Positions 33,531 through 44,652 of a DNA stretch of 64,000 nt are shown here, piece after piece. Under the pieces are notes generated by a model that did no database searches, was not told where the DNA came from, and saw nothing but the letters and a program-made list of their open reading frames with translations. The first letter of the stretch is position 1, and every line of letters starts with the position of its first letter. The translations under genes and the position numbers were made by a program. Source of the stretch: Perkinsus chesapeaki ATCC PRA-425 (taxonomy: Eukaryota > Protista > Perkinsozoa). The stretch lies in the NCBI GenBank assembly GCA_013115145.1, contig JAAPAO010000024.1, forward strand, positions 62,001-126,000, written 5' to 3'.

Positions 33531-35667
33531 ATGAATCGTGCAGTGTACGCTCCTTTCCTCCTTTTAATACTTCTACTCGCACCTACCACGGTATCGCGAA
33601 TCCTAGGTGGCTCTAATTGCAATGTCTCCTGGAGTGCTTCAATAGTCTCCAATGGCTCTAATCACGTTCTAACTCCACAAGCCGCAAGTCGCACAGGCGC
33701 GGCTTGGTGGGCGTGCTTCTCCTCAAAGGATAATCAAGTACTCGGTTATAATGTCACCTTGCAAACTCAACCTCATCATGCCGGTGGCATGGAGGTGTTC
33801 CTGAGAGTCTCCGAGGCAAGCGCATGCGATGGTTCGGTTCGCATTGATGCCAAGGATAGAGTCTCCTCTTGGACGATAACTTCGAGCCTTATGGGTAACC
33901 GTGTTGTAAAAAGCGTCATCCTTCCCTATGGCTATGGTCGGCAACTTGACTGCTCTGTTGAATCCTGCGACCACACTCTATCTTATGGTTCTGATGCGAG
34001 CTATCAAGTCCTCGTCTCATCACTGGATGGCAATGAGAGTGGATTCCTGGCTACCTTGGATGGAGCTGGTTTCCTAAAGACTTACTCTTCTGGCAATCAC
34101 GGCACGGAGTTTTCTGTAACAACGGAGGTAAGATGATTCGTGTGGAAGGTATGGCATGTTTCTTTTCAGTTACGCGAGCGGCTTGATCCAGCCACGTTAC
34201 CATTTCGTACTCCCTTTCCGACGGTGGTTGGTGTCATAGAAGGCGATTGGTTCGATGTGGCGAATATCTATCGTGAATGGGCAGTTCCGGTCTTCACGGT
34301 TCCCAAAAAGAGGACTTGGCTTGATGAGGCTCCGGGTGCGCTCTGGGTAAACAGTCACTGGAAAGGAGAAGGCACATTTCTGAAACTTGGTGGTCAACCT
34401 AAGCGAGTCCTGGATAATGTGGATAGACTACGCAAACTGATCGGTGGCGATCATGAAGTGGCTTTTCATTGGTATGAATGGGACAACCTTGGATATACTG
34501 ACGGTGATAACTACACCATTTGTCCCGATCCTACTTGTGGCTTTGACACTCACTATCCTCATTATCTTCCTGCTAGACCCGGCTTCGCAGAGGCAGTTGA
34601 TAAGTTGTATGGAATGGGTGTTCACGTATTCCCCTACATCAACGGTCGGTTATTCGATACTCAACTGCCAGAGTGGAAGAGTGATGTGGAACCTCAACAT
34701 GCTTGTCGTGATATTAGCGGTGAAGTCGTTTCTGAAGACTACGGGTCCGGTACCACTTTCGGCATACCAAATCCAGCTGGAGCATACTGGCCAACAGTTA
34801 TTGAAACTGCTTGCAGCGAGATAATGTAAGTCAAGGGATACATCCGTGTGAAGTTTTACCTATGTTTGCCTTCTTTCTTAGGCAGAATTTCCCCAATCTG
34901 GGCGGAATTTACCTTGATGAGCTCGCTGCTGCACCCAACCTACCTTGCTACATCAACGGCCGAGGCCATAATTGGGTTCACGGTATTAACAAAGTTGCGA
35001 TAGGGTGAGTTGCCTCTCTTTGTACTCCTGTCCTGATAGAAAGCTACTCGGGACAAAAATCGAATTCGTCTTCAGGTGCTCGGATGGTGCGTCGCAATGG
35101 AAGGCTGGTGTGCCAACATTGACTGAATCCAATGCAGAAACGATGATGAAGTCTGTTGATGCTTATCTCACTCTCGTTGCTATGCACGCCTCTAGTCCTG
35201 TACCTTTCTTTGGTACTGTCTACGGCGGGCATTATAAAGGTGTCGGTTCTTCCTTCACTCGGAAGGCCCACGGGACTCCCCAAGATTTTACCAGGGCCAT
35301 CTGTCAACAGTTGCTCTTCGGTAATCGCCTTGGTTGGTTTGCCCTTGATGGTGATGACGGATTACTTACCTTCCTCGAGGGCTCTCCTGAATCTGTGGCC
35401 TTCCTTCGGAGAGCTCTAGATGTCCGGTCCGAGCTGTCTCTATGGTTTGACCATGGACGACCTGGACGGCAGCGTGGAGATACTAACCAAGATTGGATAT
35501 ATGAGGATGCCCACAAGAAGTTGACCACGACCGTGTTTTGCAAGCCTCTCAGCCTCCCGGCTGACTTGATAGAGCCGCCTGTGGAAGATATGGTATATTC
35601 CAGTATAAAAGAAGATACAGCGGCTTCGACCAAGGCTGCCATCATCGAAGATTTAATCATTTTTTAG
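33531..35667 (+). CDS. Secreted DUF6259-like putative glycoside hydrolase, copy 1
   Basis: Signal peptide; EGDWFDVANIYREWA; FHWYEW; FDTHYPHYLPARPGF; VFPYINGRLFD; GIYLDELAA, recalled as typical of bacterial DUF6259 proteins. Confidence 0.65.
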
Positions 35668-36701
35668 ATTAGCTCACTTCTGTACCATATTTCTAGATAT
35701 CTTCCTACGCATTGAGTAATTCAATTTGAATTCATTCGCCGATCGTTTAACATTTTTAGCTCACCCGACAGTGTTTTGGTCTCTCTGCAGCTATCACCGA
35801 GTTGCGTTATCCACTATTTCATCAAGAAAAGACCTAATTCAATTTTATTAGGATGCTCCACCAGCACAAAAGCGGTCTCTGCGAGAATATCCATCATCCA
35901 GAGCCTTACTGTCCAAAACACCCTGATTGGTATGGCTTGAAGACCGTTGGGAAGTCACTTCGTGGAAGTGTGGTCTGTTCCAAGAGCTTCCGAGGTTTTC
36001 CAGAATCCTGCAACGTTCACCGTGACATTTCATGTCGCTTCCGACACAACTAGCAGCTCCATCTTTGTTGTTAAAGGTGGAATAAGCGATTCTTTGAGAG
36101 TTCGGTTACTGAAAACCAACTATGAACCCACTGCTAGTATCCCATGGTAACGCACGAAGTAGGCTTGCAGCAGAGTGTCGTGATTACAAGGCATTGTGTG
36201 ATTCTCGTACTGTTGTGTGGTGCAGAAGTATGCTTCCTGCGCTACCGTTTGAGCCTTCTTGTTCCGTTGCTTGAGACCATTGCAGTACAGACCTCCGAGC
36301 AACAGTAGAACAGGCTGCTGTCTTACGTTGGATATTTCTGATCTTGCTGAAGGTCTCAAATCTGCAAGGACTTCCACCTCAAGAGCCCACAGTGACTTCG
36401 CTGCTGCCGGCATGTCGTCGGCATAGCGCCATGGGCCAGATGCTCCTTGCTCGGCTTTGGGCATGCGTGTATACAACACTGTTTAACCATTGACAGGCTT
36501 GGTTGCTGTCCAGTGTATGTAACTGTTAGAACTATAGTTTGGATCGCGCGCTACGTTATGTGGCATGGCCAGATCGATTCGGTAAAAAGTAAAGTGACCA
36601 AATACAGAACGTGGCGCTCTTCGGTGACGATAATTGACTCCCCTCCGCGGCAGTAACTTTTTGCATCATTTCTTTACTATCAGCTGGGTCCGCCTATCAA
36701 C

Positions 36702-38791
36702 ATGCCTAATCTGCTGGCCCTATCTATTATCCTATTGGTTCCATCTGCAGCACTAGGACCAACTCACTCCGCCTACCAAGTCACGTGGAGTGCTACAATA
36801 GTCGCCAATGGCTCTAAGCACGTTCTAACTCCTCGAGCCGCATTTCACAGAGCCGCGGGTCGGTGGGCGTGTTTCTCTTCAAGGGATAATCAAATACTTG
36901 GCTATAGGGTTACCTTGCAAACTCAATCTCATCGTGCTGGGGGCGTCGAGGTGTTTCTGAGAGTCTCTGAGACAAATGGCTGCGGGGGTTCGGCGCGCAT
37001 TGATCCCATGGCTAGAATCTCCTCCTGGACAATAACTGCGAGCCTTACACGTCGCCACGTGGTGAAGAGCGTCATCCTTCCCTATGGCTATGGTCGACAA
37101 CTTGACTGCTCTGTTGAATCCTGCGACCACACTCTATCTTATGGTTCTGATGCGAGCTATCAAGTCCTCGTCTCATCGCTGGATGGCAATGAGAGTGGAT
37201 TCCTGGCTACCTTGGATGGAGCTGGTTTCCTAAAGACTTACACTTCCGGTAATCACGGCACGGAGTTTTCTGTAACAACGGAGGTAAGATGATTCGTGTG
37301 GAAGTTATGACATGTTTCTTTTCAGTTACGCGAGCGGCTTGATCCAGCCACGTTACCATTTCGTACTCCCTTTCCGACGGTGGTTGGTGTCATAGAAGGC
37401 GATTGGTTCGATGTGGCGAATATCTATCGTGAATGGGCAGTTCCGGTCTTCACGGTTCCCAAAAAGAGGACTTGGCTTGATGAGGCTCCGGGTGCGCTCT
37501 GGGTAAACAGTCACTGGAAAGGAGAAGGCACATTTCTGAAACTTGGTGGTCAACCTAAGCGAGTCCTGGATAATGTGGATAGACTACGCAAACTGATCGG
37601 TGGGGATCGTGAAGTGGCTCTTCATTGGTATGAATGGGACAACCTTGGATATACTGACGGTGATAACTACACCATGTGTCCCGATCCTACTTGTGGTTTT
37701 AACACGCACTATCCTCATTATCTTCCTGCTAGACCCGGCTTCGCAGAGGCAGTTGATAAGTTGTATGGAATGGGCGTTCGCGTATTCCCCTACATCAACG
37801 GTCGGTTATTCGATACTCAACTGGGAGAATGGGGGAATTTTGTGGAAGCTAAATATGGGTGTCGTGATTCGAATGGCCAGGTGGTTATTGAAGACTTTCA
37901 GTCTGGCACCACCTTTGGTGTCCCGAATCCAACTGCCCGCTACTGGCAACATGTGATCGAAGTTAATTGCAGGCTTGTGATGTAGGTCGACCGCTATCTC
38001 CAAAAGGCCAGGTTAATGTCGTTGTCGTCCTCTCTTTTAGCGAAGTGGCTCCAAGGACGAGTGGGATATACCTGGACGAGCTCGCTGCTGCACCCAACTT
38101 GCCTTGCTACATCGATGGTCAAGGGCATGACTTTGTGGGAGGGATCAACAAGGTCGCTTCAGGGTGAGTTGCCGCTCTCTTTTGCATGCTCAGTGCCCTC
38201 TGCTAGAGAAGCAGTTTAGACGTATCCGATAATTCGAAAAGGTGTTTCAGGTGTTCCAGTGTAATGCAATCGAAGGATGGCATCACACTCACCGAATCCA
38301 ATGGTGAAACGATGATGAAATCTGTGGATGCCTATCTCACCCTTGTTGCGATGCTTCCGGCCAAGCCAGTGCCCTTCTTCGGTGCTGTCTACGGTTACCA
38401 TTATAAGGGTATCGGTTCTCGTTTCCTTCGACAGGAGCATGGGAACCCCCACGGTTTCAGCTCAGCTATTTGCAGGCAGCTACTCTTCGGTAATCGGATT
38501 GGTTGGTTTGCCCTTGATGGTCAAGAAGAACTTCTCACTTTCTTAGAAGGGTCTTCTATATCGGTTGAGTTCCTTTTAGCAGCTCTCGATCTGCGTTCCG
38601 ACCTATCACTATGGTTTGATAACGGAAGACCAGGTCGTGGCTATGGAGATACCCAACAGGATTGGATCTACGACAATGGTCACTTTCAGTCTAACATTAC
38701 TCTCACCTGTAATCCACTCAACTCAAGTGGTGTGTTCGAGGGGTCTGTAAAGGACTTATTTCATGTGACATTACGAGAAGGCAGCATTTAA
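36702..38791 (+). CDS. Secreted DUF6259-like putative glycoside hydrolase, copy 2 (tandem paralog)
   Basis: Same motifs and intron positions as copy 1; central block nearly identical at offset 3156. Confidence 0.65.
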
Positions 38792-39042
38792 TCCGCTTAC
38801 AAATGGAAGATCCAATAACCTCATTGCACCTTAGGTCTAGCATGTTCGGACAACAAGCAAGTTATGCAACTGCAGCATTCATATTTTCTACCTGCTTCTT
38901 TGTATCCCTATCACAGTGCCGCGTCGGAAAAGCCTAGCAAGCACTTGATAGGTTATCCGCCGCAGGTACGATGCTGCTATTTTTATGCCGCCTTCATGAG
39001 TTTGTCGGTTACATAAGGCATTGCGTCTGCTCACTATTTGTC

Positions 39043-42000
39043 ATGAAATACTTTTCACAGCATACGCACTCTCATAGGTCGGTTGTGTCTTAATTCATAT
39101 CAATTGGAGCGGGTGAAAGAATTAGCCTTGGAGTCTGGTGAAAATCAAGGATCCCTCGATTCGGTCGAACCCATCGGGCAGCCCATCGTGTCGACACCAC
39201 CGGAATCATTCATCCGTTGCCTGGTTACAGTAGCCTTTGCGTTGGGATCTTCTCTGGGATTAGCTGCTGCGATCGTACAGTACAGCGTGAGGGCATCTTT
39301 AATGTCAATTCCTCTTCTTGGATCAGCCGGATCGTTTTTGGGAGTGTCTACCCGAAAGCCACGGAACACGGGCACTCCCGGAGACGCTTCTATGCATCCA
39401 GTTGCCGACAAGCCGTTGCCTAGCAGAGTCGCTGAGGTTATAGCAGCACTGCAGAAGATTCTCGATACCATTCAACAAGGTCACATAAGGCAAGAACCCT
39501 TACGCTCCTCAAAGAAAAGCAACCATCCAATAATCGTATTGTATTATGCAGGCAAGAGGAAGTGGACAATATCCTGGCTCTAGTTAGAGAGGTGTTGTCC
39601 GAGTGTAGGGAGGCCGCAAAGGGAAAAGACTTCCGTGAGCACACGTAGAGGTTATTAGCGCACATCTGAGTGAAGAACCTTGAACAGGTTAATAGCTCCA
39701 GCGTATCGTCTATGGCACGTATGCATATCCCTCCTCAAAGCTGTTGATGAGTACGGTTCATGCACCGTCGATGAGGAGCCTACAACGGCCAATCTACGGG
39801 TATCTAGTCTTTTCCGATGTTGCCGAAGATTGTTGGTGGTTTATAAGGAGCTCGATTGCTTTTGCCGAGAGATTGCTGCTTGGACGCTGGAGCAGGGAAT
39901 CAGGGATATACTTAACTCGTACAGTGATGGCGAAGAAGCACGCTCGCAGAGGGACAACATGATAAAGATCTGGTATGACGTCACATAGCATCATTGGTGT
40001 CCTGGAACGGACTCAGGTTGCGGACTGGGCAGAGTTGGCTCTCGTTGGTGCCAGGAAATGCTGAGCAATGGACCGCTGGGACTGCGGCATTAACAAGGGG
40101 AATAACAATATTTAAAAAGGCCGTTACGGAGCTGTCTGAGGAATCGGTTAGTGACATTACTAAGAATGCTGCCTACTCTGGCGCCTTGTGCCTGGCTCAA
40201 GGGCTGTGCCTCACTGGGAACTGGGATGGCGCTGTCCAGGTAAGTCGTTCTATGATGGGATGTCCTTGGCTGTCACTGCCGCATTTTAGACGATAAGCAG
40301 CTGTCGCGGGCTCTTATCTACCTGGGTCGGGTATCGCCGTGTTGAAGCGTCATTAGAGCTGGCGTGCCAGTGCAGGGATATCGCCACCAGAATGATTCGC
40401 GCAGCAAAATCGCCAAGTGGAAAGGAATGGGCTATCGGTGGGGCTTTACTAATTAGCCAGCTCCCGTAGGGTGGCTTCGAATTCATACATAGGACTCCCT
40501 GGATGGTCTTCCTCGTCCACGCCAGTCCTGCCCGGAGAGTTGGGGAAGGTGGCGAACCTGCTGAAGTGTGCACTCGAAGTTGTCTCGGATGATTCTTCGC
40601 CTGCAACAGACAACGAGGCTAGCTGTAAGCCGATGGGTTATGTCGTGAATTTCAAAGTCCGTAACACCACAGCCTGTTCCGTGGATGGAAGCGTTAGTCT
40701 CGATTGCGCATGTCCGTAGTGGTTGTCCAACTAAGCAAGACCCGCAGCGAGGTGTACCGTGTGCTGGCTGAGGTCCTGTCAATGCAGGGGCAGGGTGAGA
40801 AAGCTCTTGAGAGTATACAGAATGCTATACGGGAAGACATCCAGCACAAGCAATATGAGTACGGCCCACTGAAGGACATACACTTGACGAGCTTGTTTCC
40901 AGGGGTTATTATGAAAGCATCCGTGTTGCTGCATGGGTCATCCTCAACACCAATCCAGAGACTCTGAAATCGGGGACGACAGAAAAGCTAATCAAAACTG
41001 GAGAGGTGAGTACACCAGTCTTGAACATATATTACGGTGACGCACCTTAGCTGAAGAGATTGGTGGAAGAGTACTGCGCAGCATCCACAGAAGTCCCGTC
41101 GGAGTTGCAACCAGGACCATCGAGCAGGCTGTTGAACTTGGTCGAGCCTTTAGTACACGCTGTTGTCGCACTATGTAAACCACACAATCGTCCAGAGTTT
41201 TGTTCGGCCAGGTTAGAGGAGATGGTTGAGGTACGCTTCACGATAGTGCGACCGGTTCTGCATAATTCAGGACGTATTATTGTCAGGCACTCAGCCTGGT
41301 AATGCGATCTCTCGAACGAGAATGTGCAGGCTCGTCGTTGGCGTTGATGGCTGCGAGGATAGCGGACGCGATAGGGACTTTATCTCGATCCATTTCTCGG
41401 GGCTCGGAGAAGGGAGCTGGTGGGTTCCTTCGCTGGATCCTGGTTTCGCTGAATCGCGCGAGCGAAAATAAATGAGAGAATAATGCACCGTCCGGGAATT
41501 GAACCCGGACCATCTGCTTGGAAGGCAGATATCCTAACCATTAGACCAACGGTGCTGCTTAAAAGTTGAACGTGGTAAATTGCTCCACCACCCCATGCCG
41601 CTTGTACCGCTATATTGTGCATATTATACCGACTGATTATTCGATCAAGCATCTGCAGATACCCGATTGGGCGGTACTGCGTCTAACGGACTTAGTAGCC
41701 TATTGCGCGACATCGTTCTTGTCATATCGGCTAAGAGTCCCTGGGTGGACGAGGTTGTGAAATCACAATGCTCGGGCATAGTCTGGAACATGGCTGCCGG
41801 TGTAATACCCCTACGGAACCGTTCACTGCGACGGACGTGAATTAACGGCCGGTTCTCAGTTGTACACGTGTGGAGATTATGTTGCTGCGTCAACGTGGTT
41901 TGAACTATGCCAGCAAGTCGTGGATGAAGAGTCCGAATATCGGTGCTGGCAGGCTAGAGCGCTTTGCTCGTACAGAGCTTGTCAATACGAGGAAGGTTAT

Positions 42001-44465
42001 CGGAATTCCGACATCCGTTGCGGGTATGAACTCAGCCTTGGTCGATATTTAGGTGTCCGTCTGGCAAGAGCGGCACTGCGCTTATGTTCGGATGCAACTG
42101 CAAGATCGCAACCACTGCTCGCGATGGTCAATTGTGCGATTGACGGACAGGTGTCGGGAGCTGGTAAGAAATGTTTTCCATGTGGCTGCAGTGCGAAACT
42201 GCTAGAGGTCATGCTTGAATATACCAGCCCAAGAGCATGTTGCCGCATTGTATTGTTCACTCCTCGTGGCCGATCCTTAGTTACTGAAATCATTGGCGAG
42301 TTAGAAAAGATAGCAGCTAGTTCTGCCGAGGGAGTATCACCACAGCTACTCGTGGCAGTGCTGAACAAATTTGAAGGGTTAGAAGGTATGGAGGAGTATG
42401 TCTCTAGATGTCTCAAGGTAAGGTGTTCTCGGTACAGATAACCTAGAGTTAATTTCATTGTGCCAGCTGATTGGCCAGTACCTCTGTCGGGGGAGCGATG
42501 GCCCTCAAATAAACCTATTGGACCGTTTGACGATATTTCGTTGTATAGCAAAGAACGCTGTCGACGGGGACGACAGTGAAGCAGCTCTTCATTATGTCGA
42601 AGCAGTATGTGACAGTTTGAGCGGCGTAAGACAAACAAAGAGTGGGTTTATTCTTATTCTTTGAACTCTGAGTACACACTCAAAGCAACGGCTTGCGATG
42701 CAGAGTCACGAATCCAGCCCCTCGTCCACGGGCGATACAACAAGGGGTTGGTCAGAGTCGCTATCGTCTAGCGGTTAGGACGTCACGTTGTGGCCGTGAC
42801 AACCCCGGTTCAAATCCGGGTAGCGACTTTTGCTTGACATCATCATGGCGTCCAGGTTCAGCTAGAAGATTGCCAGTCTGACCAAGAACAAGTGGTAGAT
42901 CAAATTGCGGCCTTATTTAAAATCGGCTGGAACCTAGGCGTTCGGCTGGTAAACTGCGACGACCAGGAAGAGTCTAGTCCTTGGGATGCTGTGAGTAGCG
43001 TACACTCGGGGCTTATGTCTGCCGTAAGCTCTTGGCTTCTCAGTCCTTACGAACGGAAACGGTACTTGGGAATGTTAATCCAAGCTTTCAGGCCTTTCGC
43101 GCCTTTCGCAGTGCCCGCACCCTGATAGATCAATTCCTTCTACCCCATGAGAAGGCCAAGGCGGAACGAGACGAAAAGGAATCATTGAAGGTGAGCCAGC
43201 ACATTTGTCAGACAACCTCTGCACCCTATTGAATATCGTGGCAGCGATAGACGTTTTTCAGCTAACAGAGGATTCCCGTATGTGCCTTATTTTTATGCTC
43301 ACGGCCCTGACCAGATTGGCTTTGAGCTTGGAAAACTCGCCACAAGAGTCATCTGACAATTCACACGAGTAGAATAGTCACTGAAGGCCGACTAGCAATG
43401 GCAGAACTATTTCAGAGCTGAACAGGAGGAGCCACCATCCACGAACTCAAGCCAAGCTAGGGGTCTGGCCGGCCTGACAGCCAAGGAACTTTATAAAGTA
43501 TTCGATACTGCTGCTGTGGCCGCTAATTTCCCTCTGAATCTTCACAAACATGCTATTCTGTTTTTCGGCAGGTGGGATTAGGTTTGTTAAAAGTAAACCA
43601 GGAAATGGACAACGGGGCAGCCCGAAGTCTACCGCTGATGCTACTGTTTGAGTTCAAGTGCACCGTTGGGGCACTCTCGGGTGCGAATGACGGCGAGACG
43701 AGATTAGCTGAAGTCAAGCGCATTCTTGAGGACGCTCAATCTAAACGAGTCGCCTCCAAGGACTGGCTTGAGGTACATTCAACGGTCTTGTGTTCAGGTT
43801 TTGTCTGTCGTTGGCATGTAGATACTCACCTCCTGGTGCCTAAACCGGCGTCCGCCTGCATTCGGCGAGGCAGGTATGGTTCTTGCAGTATTGACCAGTT
43901 CCCCGAGAGATGCTGGGCGGATGCTTCCCGTCTATTATCGCGAGTGGCTCCGAGCACAAGAAGGAGCTGATGATTCGACACTTCAGGTGAGCTCCCCGCA
44001 AGTTAGGTTTTTGTGGTCTTAGAATGCTTCCGAACTGTCAGATTCTTGGCACCTTGCTGACCCTCCTAGACGAGGCTGTGCAGTCCAATGGAGCATCCTC
44101 TTTGGCCGAGGTAGGCCCTTTCCTATTATAGCATCTACAGATGTACTTTTGTTAGATTGGATACAATGAAAAGGAGATAAAATGGGTGCTATGTTACTCC
44201 TGGGATAGAGCTGTTCGGCTCTACAGGTCCTTCCCAACTTGTAGCACTTCCAAAAGCTGTGATAGTTCCATTTTTCAGGCGATGTAGTTATGTTTTAGCA
44301 GAGCGTATGATGAGCAAAAGCATGTCCTTCCTAAGGTTTGCGCTACCCGAGACGAAGGAGTCTCTCGAAGGTGGCTGGCCACTTTTTCGATATCATACCG
44401 TTGTTAAGCGGTCAGGTCTCATGGCACAAGCATATGACCAGTGCTTGCAGAGAGTTCCAGCCTGA
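39043..44465 (+). CDS. Large helical/TPR protein, ZIP4/SPO22/TEX11-like (multi-exon; start uncertain)
   Basis: RLWHVCISL; VWNMAA..LYTCGDYVAASTWFELC...RCWQARALC; LFKIGWNLG; AERMMSKSMSFL. Order and spacing recall ZIP4/TEX11. Confidence 0.5.
41484..41555 (-). tRNA. trnG: tRNA-Gly (TCC)
   Basis: Minus strand GCACCGT TG GTCTAATGGTTAGGA T ATCTG CCTTCCA... with anticodon stem TCTGC/GCAGA around TCC, T-arm CCGGGTTCAATTCCCGG and acceptor GCACCGT/ACGGTGC. Confidence 0.95.
42757..42828 (+). tRNA. trnH: tRNA-His (GTG)
   Basis: Acceptor GTCGCTA/TAGCGAC, anticodon arm TCACG-TTGTGGC-CGTGA, T-arm CCCGGTTCAAATCCGGG, followed by TTTT. Confidence 0.95.
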
Positions 44466-44652
44466 CCTTAGCCAGGTTTAGTATCTCCACCATGACCATG
44501 GGAATCACAATGTCGTTCACCGTAATAGCAGTCACACATTCGGTGGCTAAGTATGAATGTTTCTTCACTGCCATTATAGTGTTTGCTTTGTAACAGCGTA
44601 AATGAGGGGAGCGATGAGGCTAGATTAGGATAATTCCTTGTCCTCTCTGCTC

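Noticed and set aside
35750-36500. Possible minus-strand gene between the DUF6259-like paralogs
   Set aside because: The frames do not join into a recognisable protein; support is too weak to call.
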